Positions 17,755-30,238 are shown, counted from the first letter of the stretch. The stretch is DNA of 64,000 nt from Alphaproteobacteria bacterium (GCA_013151335.1 JAADIJ010000042.1:6480-70479); one strand, 5' to 3'. Notes: generated by a model from the letters alone, not told the origin. Numbers and translations are program-made.

Positions 17755-18411
17755 ATGTTGTTTTATAAATCATTTATTGCTGCCGTTATCCTATTTGTTA
17801 CCAGCCTTATCGTCGTACCTGCCTCGGCGCAGATCGCACTTGGCACCTATGACGTCGCCAATGTCGCCAGCAATGATGTGCTGAATATTCGCCAGCGGGC
17901 TGATGCGTCTGCCTTGAAAATTGGCGCACTGCCGTTTGATCTGACCGAGATCGAGGTCATCGCCGCCTCTCGCAACGGCAAATGGGGTCTGGTCAATTAT
18001 CAAGGCGTGATCGGCTGGGTTTCCACCAGATATTTACAGCCAAGCGCCACCATCATCGCCGACTTGCCTGCAGGCTTGGAGTGCAGCGGAACCGAGCCGT
18101 TCTGGTCGCTCTCGTTCCTGCTCGATGGCAGTGCTGTCGGCGATTGGAGCCCGCTGGGATTGGCCAACGCTCGACAAAGCTTTTACAACGGCTACTGGTC
18201 AGACACCCCCATGAACCGACCCGACCAATCCTACGCATTCACCCTGCAAAACGAGACCACAACCTCCGGCGTTCGCGCCTCGGGCATCATCAGACAAGCC
18301 GCGTGCAATGACGGCATGTCTGATCAAACCTACGGCTATGCCATTGATGTGTTGCTCAGCGGTCAGGGGCAAACTTATGTGACGGGCTGCTGCTCGATGG
18401 CCTCTAATTAG
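17755..18411 (+). CDS. Secreted SH3b-domain protein with Cys-containing C-terminal domain
   Basis: Signal peptide ...VVPASAQ. SH3b-like LNIRQRADASALKIGAL...GKWGLVNYQGVIGWVSTRYL. The C-half has CSGTEPFWSL and a C-terminal GCCS. Confidence 0.55.
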   Translation: MLFYKSFIAAVILFVTSLIVVPASAQIALGTYDVANVASNDVLNIRQRADASALKIGALPFDLTEIEVIAASRNGKWGLVNYQGVIGWVSTRYLQPSATIIADLPAGLECSGTEPFWSLSFLLDGSAVGDWSPLGLANARQSFYNGYWSDTPMNRPDQSYAFTLQNETTTSGVRASGIIRQAACNDGMSDQTYGYAIDVLLSGQGQTYVTGCCSMASN

Positions 18412-18505
18412 GGGCAAAAACCGGCCCGACTCACGTCTAACAGCCAAACTGTTGCAAATTCATCGTTTTTATAACGAAAAACCTGCGCTTTAGGACATGC
18501 TGCCG

Positions 18506-18534
18506 CTTGCAGGGTTTCCTCCACGAACCTATAT
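18506..18534 (+). promoter_or_regulatory. Candidate dnaK promoter, CTTGCA-N17-CTATAT (also reads as CTTG-N18-CCTATAT)
   Basis: CTTG at 18506-18509 and CCTATAT at 18528-18534, 112 nt upstream of the dnaK ATG. It fits both the alphaproteobacterial housekeeping consensus (CTTGAC-N17-CTATAT) and the RpoH-type consensus (CTTG-N17/18-CYTATNT). I cannot tell these apart by eye. Confidence 0.4.
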
Positions 18535-18645
18535 ACCGCTCAAATCATGGTCGGAACCGATCGGGTCTGGCCTCTTGGGATAAGATGGCGGGGGCCGATT
18601 TCGGGCTCGCCATTTGCAAATCGCCTCTTAGAAAGGACTTTAGGA

Positions 18646-20565
<1,920 letters not shown>

Positions 20566-20590
20566 CGGTCTCGAATTTTAAAAATACTGC

Positions 20591-20618
20591 CGTCGGCCCC
20601 TTAATGGGGTCGGCGTTT
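20591..20618 (+). terminator. Weak stem-loop between dnaK and dnaJ (possible attenuator)
   Basis: CGTCGGCCCC (20591-20600) pairs with GGGGTCGGCG (20606-20615): 10 bp including 2 G-U pairs, loop TTAAT. Followed by only TTT. Confidence 0.35.
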
Positions 20619-20640
20619 GGTCACGGTAAGGTCAGTCTAA

Positions 20641-21780
20641 ATGTCTAAACGCGATTTTTATGAGGTTCTGGGGGTGTCCAAAGGGGCCTCCGAAACAGAG
20701 CTGAAGAAAGCCTATCGCAAAAAGGCGATGGAGCTGCATCCTGACCGCAACAAGGATAACCCCGAGGCCGAGGCCAAGTTCAAGGACGTGAACGAGGCCT
20801 ATAACATCTTGAAAGACAACGATAAAAAAGCTGCCTATGACCGATATGGCCACGCAGCCTTTGAAGGTGGCGGTCCCGGTTTCGGACAAGCTGGCGGACA
20901 AGGTGGTGATTTCTCCTCGGCATTTTCCGACGTGTTCGAGGATCTGTTCGGCGATTTCACCGGTGGCGGTCGTCGCCCTGGCGGCCAGCGCGCAACTCGT
21001 GGCTCGGACCTGCGCTACAATTTACGCATCTCGCTTGAGGACGCGTTTTCAGGTAAACACCGCACCATCTCGGTTCAAAGCTCGGTCGCTTGCGACAGTT
21101 GCAACGGCACTGGCGCCGAAGGCGGGGCCGAACCCTCCAACTGCCCAACCTGCTCTGGCATGGGAAAAGTGCGTGCCCAACAAGGCTTTTTCACGGTCGA
21201 ACGCACCTGTCCGACCTGTTCGGGCCGCGGCCAGATCATCAATAACCCGTGCAAATCCTGCGCCGGTGCCGGGCGCAAACAAAAAGACCGCTCGCTCTCG
21301 GTCAACATTCCCGCAGGTGTTGAAACCGGCACCCGCATCCGCTTGTCAGGCGAGGGCGAGGCCGGATTGCGCGGCGGTCCCTCCGGTGATCTTTATATTT
21401 TCATCGAAGTTATGGATCACCAGATTTTCGAGCGTGATTCTCAAAACCTGTTCTGCCGAATTCCGGTCTCCTTCGCCACCGCAGCCCTTGGCGGCGAGAT
21501 CGAAGCCCCGACAATTGATGGCGGTCGCAGCCGTGTGAAAATCCCCGCAGGCAGCCAGACCGGCAAACAAATGCGCCTGCGCGGCAAAGGAATGCCCGCC
21601 CTGCGCGGTGGTCCATCGGGTGATCTTTACATTGAACTGGCAATTGAAACGCCGGTTAACCTGACCGCAAAACAAAAAGAACTGCTGACAGAATTTGACG
21701 AACTTGGTGCCGACAATAACCCCGAAGGTTCAAATTTCTTTCGTAAAGTCAAGACGTTCTGGGACAGCATGAAGGGATAA
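20641..21780 (+). CDS. dnaJ: Co-chaperone DnaJ
   Basis: J-domain with HPDRN, a G/F-rich linker, and four CxxCxGxG zinc motifs ([32 protein letters not shown]). Confidence 0.97.
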   Translation: MSKRDFYEVLGVSKGASETELKKAYRKKAMELHPDRNKDNPEAEAKFKDVNEAYNILKDNDKKAAYDRYGHAAFEGGGPGFGQAGGQGGDFSSAFSDVFEDLFGDFTGGGRRPGGQRATRGSDLRYNLRISLEDAFSGKHRTISVQSSVACDSCNGTGAEGGAEPSNCPTCSGMGKVRAQQGFFTVERTCPTCSGRGQIINNPCKSCAGAGRKQKDRSLSVNIPAGVETGTRIRLSGEGEAGLRGGPSGDLYIFIEVMDHQIFERDSQNLFCRIPVSFATAALGGEIEAPTIDGGRSRVKIPAGSQTGKQMRLRGKGMPALRGGPSGDLYIELAIETPVNLTAKQKELLTEFDELGADNNPEGSNFFRKVKTFWDSMKG

Positions 21781-21787
21781 CCTTAAG

Positions 21788-22669
21788 TTATCCACCCAGC
21801 CGCTGCTCCAAAAACTCCTCAACCTCGTCAAGCTTTGGGATCGCCTCAGCAGTTCCTTGCCGCGTAACTTGAATGGCCGCAGCCGCAGCCGCAAAGGTCA
21901 TGGCCCCCTTAATGTCAATCCCCGCATCAATCCCGGCCACGAAAAACCCCAGATACGTATCACCTGCCCCCGTGGTATCGACCGGCTGAACCTCAAACGC
22001 GGCAACCGAAATTTCCGTCGCTCCAGCACGATACTCGGCCCCATCGCCACCCTTGGTGATCAGAACTTCCGGCACGGGCAACTTATCGGCCCCAACCCCC
22101 AGCGCCTGCGAAAGCTGCGCCGCCTCAACCTCGTTCACCACCAGCAAATCGACAAACGGCAACACCCCCGCCGCGTGATCCGCATCAAAAGGAGCTGCCG
22201 AATAAATCACCCGCATCCCTTTTTGGTGCGCCAACTCCGCCGTGAACCGCACCAGATTGGTTTCGTTTTGCAAAATGCAAACGTCGTCCTTGCGGGCAAG
22301 ATCCAACGCCGCCCTGATCCGTTCTTCGTCCTGCGCCACATTGGCCGAACTAAAAATCACAATCGAGTTTTCACCCTCGCGATCCACATTGATAATCGCG
22401 TGTCCGGTCGGCATTTCAAGCACGGCCACATGCTCCACATCGACCCCGATTTCGCCCAGACGATCGCGTGCCCAGATGCCATCCGTGCCGATCGCGCCCA
22501 TATGAATGACTTTCGCACCACCAAAAACCGCCGCAATCGACTGATTAGCGCCCTTGCCGCCAAGGCCGACGATAAAATCATCCGCCGCCAAGGTCTCTCC
22601 GGCGGCGGGTAGATGATCTAGGCCGTAAAAATAGTCAGCGTTGATCGAACCAAGATTGAAAATCGCCAT
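21788..22669 (-). CDS. rbsK: Ribokinase / PfkB-family sugar kinase
   Basis: MAIFNLGSINADYFY, GGKGANQS, VDTTGAGDTYLG. ATG at 22669 overlaps the maeB stop as TGATG. The ORF-track start 22684 is TTG. Confidence 0.8.
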   Translation of the reverse strand: MAIFNLGSINADYFYGLDHLPAAGETLAADDFIVGLGGKGANQSIAAVFGGAKVIHMGAIGTDGIWARDRLGEIGVDVEHVAVLEMPTGHAIINVDREGENSIVIFSSANVAQDEERIRAALDLARKDDVCILQNETNLVRFTAELAHQKGMRVIYSAAPFDADHAAGVLPFVDLLVVNEVEAAQLSQALGVGADKLPVPEVLITKGGDGAEYRAGATEISVAAFEVQPVDTTGAGDTYLGFFVAGIDAGIDIKGAMTFAAAAAAIQVTRQGTAEAIPKLDEVEEFLEQRLGG

Positions 22670-24927
22670 CACGCCACCTTGCAAGCAGCCATCACAGCCA
22701 TGTGCAAAATATCGGTTTCCGTCGAATTACTACTGCAAAGCTGCACCGATTTTTCGATCCCTGCAAGGATCGGCCCGATCACCGTCGCCCCGCCCATCTC
22801 CTGCAACAGCTTGACCGAGATCGAGGCCGAGTGGCGCGCCGGAACCACCAGCACGTTGGCCGGGCCGGTCAATTTACAAAACGGATATTGGGCCATAACG
22901 TCGGTGTTCAAGGCAACATCGGCCGTCATCTCGCCGTCAAACTCAAAATCCACATCGCGCCGTTCCAGAACCTCGCAGGCCACATGCATCTTTTCGGCGC
23001 GCTCCGACACCGGATACCCGAAGTTGGAGAAGCTGACGAAAGCGACCCGAGGCTCCAGCCCCAGACTGCGCGCAACATGGGCCGCGCGTTCGGCAATATC
23101 GGCCAAATCCTCTTCCTCGGGCCACTCATGGACCAACGTGTCGGCCAGCAAGACCATACGTCCGCGCAACAAAACCGCCGTAACACCGACCGCGCCATCC
23201 GACGCGGTGGCGTCAATAACGTGGTTCAAAAGCTGCAACACCAGCGCCGATTTTCGCGTCGCACCTGTGACCATTCCATCGCCATGACCATGCGCAACCA
23301 TCAGTGCGGCAAAGATATGCCGGTCGCGCGAGGCCAGCCGATGGCAATCCGCCATATCATAACCTTTACGCTGTAAGCGTTTGTAAAGATGAACTTTATA
23401 TTCTTCAAGATGTGGCGAGTTTGCCGCATTTATAACCTCGAGCTCGTCATAAGCATCACCAAGCCCTGCCTCCTCCAGCCGCTTTTTGACACTGGCCTCG
23501 CGGTCAATAACCACCGCCTGACCAAGCCCCGAGCGCACATAAGAAACCGCCGCGCGCAACACGCGAATATCGTCCCCCTCGGCGAAAACCATCCGAGCTT
23601 GAGCATGTTTTGCACGCACATAAAGCGACTGCAAAATTAGCGCGGTCGGATCAAGCCGCGCTTTCAGCGACAGCGTATACGCATCCATATCGATGATCGG
23701 TCGCCGCGCAACGCCGGTATCCATCCCCGCCTTGGCAACCGCCGGCGGGATCAAATAGATCAGCCGCGGATCAAACGGCGTCGGCAAAATATAATCGCGC
23801 CCGAACGACATCTTGGTCCCATAAGCCAACGCAACCTCGTCAGGCACATCTTGTCGTGCCAGATCGGCCAGCGCATGCGCACAGGCCAGCTTCATTTCAT
23901 CGTTAATGGCGCGTGCATGAATATCCAAAGCGCCGCGAAAAAGATAAGGAAAGCCTAATACGTTATTAACCTGATTGGGATAATCCGAGCGCCCCGTAGC
24001 CACGATCGCATCCTCGCGAACCGCATGGGCCTCCTCCGGCGTAATCTCGGGATCGGGGTTGGCCATGGCGAAAATAACCGGGTCAGGAGCCATTGACGCG
24101 ATCATCTCGGCAGTCACCGCCCCCTTGGCCGATACGCCGAGAAACACGTCCGCATCCTTAATCGCATCCGCCAACGAGCGCGCCTTGGTCTTGGCCGCAT
24201 GTGCCGATTTCCACTGGTTCATCCCAGCGCTACGCCCTTGATAAATAACCCCTTTGGTGTCGCACACGATGCAATTATCATGCTTGGCCCCCATCGCTTT
24301 GATCAGCTCGATACAGGCAATCCCCGCCGCCCCCGCGCCGTTCAAGACAATCTTACATTCCTCGATTTTCTTGCCCGACAGGTATAGCGCGTTGATCAAT
24401 CCGGCAGCACAAATCACCGCCGTACCGTGCTGGTCGTCGTGAAAAACCGGTATGTCCATCTCTTCTTTGAGACGCTGCTCGATGATAAAACACTCCGGTG
24501 CTTTGATATCCTCAAGGTTAATGCCGCCAAAAGACGGACCCATCAGCCGAACCGCGTTAATGAATTCTTCGGGGTCTTCGGTATCAAGCTCCAGATCAAT
24601 CGAGTTCACGTCGGCGAAGCGTTTGAACAGAACCGATTTCCCCTCCATCACCGGCTTGGAGGCCAGCGCTCCCAGATTACCCATACCCAAAATCGCCGTG
24701 CCATTGGTAATCACCCCGACCATATTCCCTTTGGTGGTGTAATCGTAAACGCACTCGGGATTATCGGCGATGGCCTGAACCGGAACCGCAACACCAGGCG
24801 AATAGGCCAGCGACAAATCCCGCTGCGTGGTCATCGGCACCGACGCATGAATTTCCAGCTTTCCGGGTTTTGGGTTCAAATGATAGGCAAGCGCCTCTTC
24901 GGGTGTCGTCTTGGTCTTATCGGCCAT
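22669..24927 (-). CDS. maeB: NADP-dependent malic enzyme (malic enzyme + phosphotransacetylase-like domain)
   Basis: From ATG 24927: MADKTKTTPEEALAYHLNPKPGKLEI...LAYSPGVA...GTAILGMGNLGALASKPVMEGK. 752 aa. The ORF-track start 25281 adds 118 implausible residues and overlaps mutS. Confidence 0.93.
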   Translation of the reverse strand: MADKTKTTPEEALAYHLNPKPGKLEIHASVPMTTQRDLSLAYSPGVAVPVQAIADNPECVYDYTTKGNMVGVITNGTAILGMGNLGALASKPVMEGKSVLFKRFADVNSIDLELDTEDPEEFINAVRLMGPSFGGINLEDIKAPECFIIEQRLKEEMDIPVFHDDQHGTAVICAAGLINALYLSGKKIEECKIVLNGAGAAGIACIELIKAMGAKHDNCIVCDTKGVIYQGRSAGMNQWKSAHAAKTKARSLADAIKDADVFLGVSAKGAVTAEMIASMAPDPVIFAMANPDPEITPEEAHAVREDAIVATGRSDYPNQVNNVLGFPYLFRGALDIHARAINDEMKLACAHALADLARQDVPDEVALAYGTKMSFGRDYILPTPFDPRLIYLIPPAVAKAGMDTGVARRPIIDMDAYTLSLKARLDPTALILQSLYVRAKHAQARMVFAEGDDIRVLRAAVSYVRSGLGQAVVIDREASVKKRLEEAGLGDAYDELEVINAANSPHLEEYKVHLYKRLQRKGYDMADCHRLASRDRHIFAALMVAHGHGDGMVTGATRKSALVLQLLNHVIDATASDGAVGVTAVLLRGRMVLLADTLVHEWPEEEDLADIAERAAHVARSLGLEPRVAFVSFSNFGYPVSERAEKMHVACEVLERRDVDFEFDGEMTADVALNTDVMAQYPFCKLTGPANVLVVPARHSASISVKLLQEMGGATVIGPILAGIEKSVQLCSSNSTETDILHMAVMAACKVA

Positions 24928-25065
24928 TTGAATATTCGTCCTTTTTCCAACACTCCAAGTCTTACAGACCAGTCGAGCACTGTTCAACCGGACGCCGCTA
25001 ATACCACTTTCACCGGAGCGAGCGCGCGTGTAAGTTCCAAACTCGACAAAGATCTGGGGGGTCGA

Positions 25066-27729
25066 GTGAATATCGCAAACGCAAATATCACGCCGATGAT
25101 GGCGCAATATACCGCGATCAAAGACGGCTATAAGGACGCTTTGCTGTTTTACCGCATGGGCGATTTTTACGAGATGTTTTTTGATGATGCGGTGCTGGCG
25201 GCCGAGGCATTGGACATCGCCCTGACCAAACGCGGCAAACATCTTGGGCAGGATATTCCCATGTGCGGCGTGCCTATTCATGCGGCCGAGAACTACCTTT
25301 TATCGTTAATTAAGAAGGGCTTCCGGGTCGCTGTTTGCGAACAACTTGAACCTCCATCCGAGGCCAAGAAGCGCGGCGCGAAATCGGTGGTTAAGCGAGA
25401 CGTTGTCCGTCTGGTAACGCCCGGCACTTTGACCGAGGATACTCTGCTAGATGCGCGTAAAAACAACTACTTAGCCGCCTATTCTCATGTAAGAGGCGAA
25501 GGCGCTTTTGCGTGGGTAGATGTCTCAACCGGCGCGTTTTTCGTTCAAGCTTGCCCAAACGCCGCCCTTTCCCCACAACTGGCCAGATTATCACCGCGAG
25601 AGGTGCTGATCTCTGCTTCCTCCGAGCAAGAATATCGCCCGCTCATTGAGGAAACCGGTGCCGCCCTGACCCCGCTTGCGCGCGCGAGTTTTGACAGCGA
25701 AGGCGCGAAAAAACGTCTGTGTCAGCTTTATGCGGTCCAGTCTCTTGACGGGTTCGGGCAGTTTGGTCAGGCAGAACTTTCCGCACTTGGCGCGATTGTT
25801 GAATATCTTGACCTCACCCAAAAAGGCAAACTCCCGCTGCTAAAGCCCCCGGTTTTAGAGGTCTACAGTCGGATTATGCAAATCGACGCCGCCACGCGCC
25901 GCAATCTGGAACTGACACAAAGCCTCTCTGGTGCGCGCGAAGGCTCGCTTTTGTCGGTCATCGACCGAACGATCACCGGTGCAGGCGCAAGATTGCTGGC
26001 AAACCGCCTCCAAAGCCCCTCAACCCATCTGAAAACCATCCAGACCCGTCTTTTGGCCATCGACGCTTATCTTGATACACCGATTCTCGGCGAAAAGACC
26101 CGTGTTGAGCTGAGAAAAACCCCGGATATCGACCGCTCGCTTTCGCGCTTATCGCTTGATCGCGGCGGCCCGCGCGACATCACCGCGATCCGTGAGGGTG
26201 CGCGTCAGGCAGGCGTTATCGCCGCACTTCACCTTCAAATTAGCGACGTTGCGCAACAATCTCTGGCAATAAATTCGTTAACCGGGTTTGAGCACCTCGC
26301 CGACCTTTTGGATCGCTCGATTGTTGCCGAACCTCCTCTATTGGCGCGCGATGGTGGGTTTGTCAAAACCGGTTATGATCCTGAGCTTGACGAGATGCGA
26401 ACCCTGCGTGATCAGGGTCGTAGTGTGATCGCCGAGATGCAGAAAACCTACGCCACAGACACTGGCATCAATGCACTTAAGATCAAACATAACAACGTGT
26501 TGGGGTACTTTATTGAGACGCCATCTTCACATGCAAACAAGATGCTCTCCCCCCTTTTTTGCGACAGGTTCAAGCACCGTCAAACCACCGCCAGCGCCAT
26601 TCGTTTTACCACGCCCGAGCTGGCGGAGATGGAGACGAAAATCCTTAACGCGGGCGGTCGCGCCATTGAGATTGAGCTGCGTATTTTCCATGAAATTCGC
26701 GCGGAAATCATTAACAATTCGGCCAAACTTGGCCAAGCAGCGGCCAGCCTCGCCAATATCGACCTTTCAAGCGCGCTCGCGGATCTCGCGATTGGCGAGA
26801 ACTGGTGCCGCCCGGTTTTAACCTCGGATCGCGCCTTTGAGATAACGGACGGACGCCATCCCGTGGTTGAAAACGCGCTCAAACGTGGGAGCGGTAATCC
26901 GTTCGTTGCCAACTCGTGCGATTTGACCCCGAATTCTGCCGATGCCGCCTGTATTTGGCTGCTGACCGGTCCAAATATGGCCGGTAAATCGACCTTTTTG
27001 CGGCAGAACGCATTGATCGCCCTGCTGGCACAGATCGGCAGTTACGTGCCGGCCAAATCCGCCCATATAGGCATCGTGACGCAACTGTTTTCGCGGGTTG
27101 GGGCCTCTGACGATCTCGCGCGCGGACGCTCGACATTTATGGTCGAGATGGTCGAAACCGCCGCTATTCTCAATCAAGCCGAGGAAGGAGCGCTGGTTAT
27201 CCTTGACGAGATCGGGCGCGGAACCGCGACCTATGATGGGCTGTCAATTGCCTGGGCAACGCTTGAGCATTTGCACGAAATAAACAACTGCCGCACGATT
27301 TTTGCCACGCATTATCATGAACTTACCTCGCTTTCTTCAAGTTTAGACGGCCTGTGCAATACCACTATTTCCGTGCGCGAATGGGACGGCGAAGTGATCT
27401 TTTTGCATGAGGTCAAGAAGGGCGCCGCCGACCGATCTTATGGGGTTCAGGTGGCGCAGCTTGCTGGTCTGCCAAAATCAGTGGTTGCCCGCGCGCGCAC
27501 TGTTTTGGAGGCCTTGGAGAAATCCGACGTCAACGGTGCCGGAAAATCCACCGCATTGATCGACGATCTACCGCTGTTTTCGCTAACGCCGCAACCTCAG
27601 GCAAGCGCCAGCGCCCCATCCAAGGTTGAGGCGGCGCTTAAATCAGCGCATCCAGACGACCTCTCGCCGCTGGAAGCGCTTAAACTTGTTTATGAACTTC
27701 GTGATTTATTAAAGAGTGATGAAAAATGA
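25066..27729 (+). CDS. mutS: DNA mismatch repair protein MutS
   Basis: ...TPMMAQYTAIKDGYKDALLFYRMGDFYEMFFDDA, Walker A GPNMAGKST, DEIGRGTATYDG. Start is GTG 25066 or ATG 25096. ORF-track start 24427 overlaps maeB and is rejected. Confidence 0.95.
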   Translation: MNIANANITPMMAQYTAIKDGYKDALLFYRMGDFYEMFFDDAVLAAEALDIALTKRGKHLGQDIPMCGVPIHAAENYLLSLIKKGFRVAVCEQLEPPSEAKKRGAKSVVKRDVVRLVTPGTLTEDTLLDARKNNYLAAYSHVRGEGAFAWVDVSTGAFFVQACPNAALSPQLARLSPREVLISASSEQEYRPLIEETGAALTPLARASFDSEGAKKRLCQLYAVQSLDGFGQFGQAELSALGAIVEYLDLTQKGKLPLLKPPVLEVYSRIMQIDAATRRNLELTQSLSGAREGSLLSVIDRTITGAGARLLANRLQSPSTHLKTIQTRLLAIDAYLDTPILGEKTRVELRKTPDIDRSLSRLSLDRGGPRDITAIREGARQAGVIAALHLQISDVAQQSLAINSLTGFEHLADLLDRSIVAEPPLLARDGGFVKTGYDPELDEMRTLRDQGRSVIAEMQKTYATDTGINALKIKHNNVLGYFIETPSSHANKMLSPLFCDRFKHRQTTASAIRFTTPELAEMETKILNAGGRAIEIELRIFHEIRAEIINNSAKLGQAAASLANIDLSSALADLAIGENWCRPVLTSDRAFEITDGRHPVVENALKRGSGNPFVANSCDLTPNSADAACIWLLTGPNMAGKSTFLRQNALIALLAQIGSYVPAKSAHIGIVTQLFSRVGASDDLARGRSTFMVEMVETAAILNQAEEGALVILDEIGRGTATYDGLSIAWATLEHLHEINNCRTIFATHYHELTSLSSSLDGLCNTTISVREWDGEVIFLHEVKKGAADRSYGVQVAQLAGLPKSVVARARTVLEALEKSDVNGAGKSTALIDDLPLFSLTPQPQASASAPSKVEAALKSAHPDDLSPLEALKLVYELRDLLKSDEK

Positions 27730-27733
27730 TCGC

Positions 27734-28309
27734 TCACTCTTTCGGCGTTGACGAAACCCCAACCTGCGCCGGGCGCAACAAACGATCACCAATTACAAAC
27801 CCTTCGGTCATCAGCTGAATGATGTTTCCAGCCGCAATATCAGGCACTGGAGCCTCAAACATTGCCTGGTGAAGCTGCGGATCAAATTTCTCGCCAATTT
27901 CAGGCACCAACCGTTCAATCTTGTGCTTGTTAAAGGCTGACAGAAGCTCGCGCCGTGTCAATTCTATCCCATCAATCAATGCCTTAGAGGCTTCTCTTTG
28001 TGTATCGTCGACCGCGTCAAGCGCGCGCGTCAGATTGTCGTAAACCGACAGCAAATCGCGCGCCAAACGCGAGCCGCCGTAAATTTCGGCGTCGCGACGA
28101 TCCCGCTCGCCACGTTTGCGCGAATTTTCAGCCTCGGCCAAAGCCCGCATCAAGCGATCCTTGAGATTGTCACGCTCGGCGGTCAACTCGTCCCACTCGT
28201 TTGCGACATCGTCCAGCGCCAGCGGGTCTTTTTCGTCAAACTCCGCCGGATTAAATTTCGGCATCTCTGCTGCACTCGCTGTCACGTCTTGTTCCTTTTC
28301 TTCAGACAT
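27734..28309 (-). CDS. grpE: Nucleotide exchange factor GrpE
   Basis: 191 aa with an acidic N-terminus, a coiled region (LKDRLMRALAEAENSRKR) and C-terminal GFVIGDRLLRPAQVGV. Confidence 0.93.
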   Translation of the reverse strand: MSEEKEQDVTASAAEMPKFNPAEFDEKDPLALDDVANEWDELTAERDNLKDRLMRALAEAENSRKRGERDRRDAEIYGGSRLARDLLSVYDNLTRALDAVDDTQREASKALIDGIELTRRELLSAFNKHKIERLVPEIGEKFDPQLHQAMFEAPVPDIAAGNIIQLMTEGFVIGDRLLRPAQVGVSSTPKE

Positions 28310-28323
28310 TTTCGCCTCTTGTT

Positions 28324-29388
28324 CTAAGTTCGACTGGACAACATGCGTCCAACCAACTGCGCGGTATAATCGACAATGGGCACGATCCGTCCGTAATTCA
28401 GGCGAGTCGGCCCAATCACCCCCACCGCACCAATAATTTTCCGGTCAGAGTTCATATATGGAGAAACCACCAAAGAGCTACCCGAAAGTGAAAAAAGTTT
28501 GTTCTCTGAGCCAATAAAAACACGCACCCCTTCGCCCTCTTCTGTCAGGTCGAGGAATTGTGCCAGATCGCGCTTGCGCTCCAGATCGTCAAACAGGGTT
28601 TTGATCCGCTCCAAATCCTCACCGATTGCATCGTTTTCGATCAAATTGGACTGGCCGCGCACAATCAACCGCTCATGCGCGCTACCTTTATTGTCCCAAA
28701 CCGCGATCCCGTCTTGAATAAGCTGCTGCGCCAGAACATCAAGTTCCTGCCGGTTGTCATTGATTTCATTACTAATAGCGGCGCTAAGTTCGGAAAGCGT
28801 TCGTCCCTTGACCGTCGCGTTTAGAAAATTCGCAGCTTCCTGCATCGAGGATGGCGTTTGTCCGGCAGGAGGGGTGAATATCCGGTTTTCAACCTGCCCG
28901 TCCGCGGTTACCAGCACCACCATCGCCCGCTCTGGCGAAAACATGACAAATTCGATGTGTTTTATCGGCGCTTCGGATTTCGGCGCAAGCACCAATCCGG
29001 CCCCTTGCGTCAGCCCTGATAAAACCGCACTTGCCTTATCAAGCATCCGCGTCACATCGTCTTGGTCGCCATCCATGGTGCTTTCGATCTGCTGACGCTC
29101 CTCTTTGGAGATATCGCCAACCTCCAGCAGCGAATCGACGAACATCCGCATGCCTTGCTGGGTCGGAATTCGCCCAGCCGAAATATGCGGGCTATCAAGC
29201 AGGCCCAGCATCTCTAGATCCTGCATGACATTACGAATTGTCGCGGCAGAAATGCTCTCTGTCAGGGCACGAGACAGGGTTCTGGAGCCGACCGGCGCAC
29301 CGATATCAATATAGGTCTCAACCAGCGTGCGAAAAACATCGCGACTGCGCGTGCTCATTTCGTCGAGGGGATTAAGAGGAGTGGTCAT
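28324..29388 (-). CDS. hrcA: Heat-inducible transcription repressor HrcA
   Basis: 354 aa. N-terminal winged helix (RSRDVFRTLVETYIDIGAPVGSRTLS) and C-terminal GAVGVIGPTRLNYGRIVPIVDY. hrcA-grpE arrangement. Confidence 0.92.
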   Translation of the reverse strand: MTTPLNPLDEMSTRSRDVFRTLVETYIDIGAPVGSRTLSRALTESISAATIRNVMQDLEMLGLLDSPHISAGRIPTQQGMRMFVDSLLEVGDISKEERQQIESTMDGDQDDVTRMLDKASAVLSGLTQGAGLVLAPKSEAPIKHIEFVMFSPERAMVVLVTADGQVENRIFTPPAGQTPSSMQEAANFLNATVKGRTLSELSAAISNEINDNRQELDVLAQQLIQDGIAVWDNKGSAHERLIVRGQSNLIENDAIGEDLERIKTLFDDLERKRDLAQFLDLTEEGEGVRVFIGSENKLFSLSGSSLVVSPYMNSDRKIIGAVGVIGPTRLNYGRIVPIVDYTAQLVGRMLSSRT

Positions 29389-29520
29389 CTGATGTCGGCT
29401 CTTTGTTTGCAGCAGATATTTCTAGATAACCTGCGGCCTCGCGTCAATTGCTGATCTGAGGTCTTTACTCTTATCAACAGGTGGGGATATCTGGGTAAAA
29501 CTAAAATCATAGGATCAGCC

Positions 29521-30237
29521 ATGCGCCCTTCTGGAAGAAAAATTGACCAACTTCGCTCTGTTTCCATCGAAACTGGGGTGACCAAACATGCCGAGGGCTC
29601 TTGCCTGATTAAATGCGGCGATACCCATGTTCTGTGCACCGCCTCATTGGAAGAGCGCGTGCCGCCATTTTTGCGCAATTCGGGTCTGGGCTGGGTCACC
29701 GCAGAATACGGGATGTTGCCGCGCGCAACCACATCGCGCAATCGCCGCGAGGCTGCCGCTGGAAAGCAATCCGGCAGAACTCAAGAGATTCAACGGCTTA
29801 TCGGTCGTTCTTTGCGTGCCGGCATTGATCGCTCGGCTCTGGGAGAGCGTCAAATCACCGTTGATTGTGACGTTATTCAAGCCGACGGAGGCACACGATG
29901 CGCCTCTATTACCGGCGGCTGGGTTGCGTTGCGCTTGGCAGTTAACAAGTTGTTAAAGGCTGGCGACATTTCAAGCGATCCTCTGACAGATCATGTTGCT
30001 GCGGTCAGTTGCGGTATTTATGGCGGACAGCCAGTGTTGGACCTTGATTATGCCGAGGATAGCGAGGCGGGGACGGATGCTAATTTCGTCATGACCGGCA
30101 CCGGCGGTTTGATTGAAATTCAGGCCTCAGCAGAGGGAGCAACATTTTCGCGTGATGAGTTCACTCAACTGCTCGATCTGGCGCAAAGCGGCGTTGAAAC
30201 GCTGGTTGCCGCGCAATTGGCCGCTACAACGAATTAA
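29521..30237 (+). CDS. rph: Ribonuclease PH
   Basis: [12 protein letters not shown]...[17 protein letters not shown]...[18 protein letters not shown]. 238 aa. Confidence 0.95.
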   Translation: MRPSGRKIDQLRSVSIETGVTKHAEGSCLIKCGDTHVLCTASLEERVPPFLRNSGLGWVTAEYGMLPRATTSRNRREAAAGKQSGRTQEIQRLIGRSLRAGIDRSALGERQITVDCDVIQADGGTRCASITGGWVALRLAVNKLLKAGDISSDPLTDHVAAVSCGIYGGQPVLDLDYAEDSEAGTDANFVMTGTGGLIEIQASAEGATFSRDEFTQLLDLAQSGVETLVAAQLAATTN

Positions 30238-30238
30238 C

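Noticed and set aside
24427-25065. N-terminal 213 codons of the ORF-track mutS frame, and the 118-codon extension of maeB up to 25281
   Set aside because: The two extensions overlap each other and the real divergent genes. The conserved protein N-termini begin at 25066/25096 (mutS) and 24927 (maeB), and the extension sequences are non-homologous junk.
29389-29520. Search for a CIRCE element (TTAGCACTC-N9-GAGTGCTAA) upstream of hrcA-grpE and of dnaK
   Set aside because: No match or near-match was found by eye. In alphaproteobacteria CIRCE is usually at groESL, which is not in this window.
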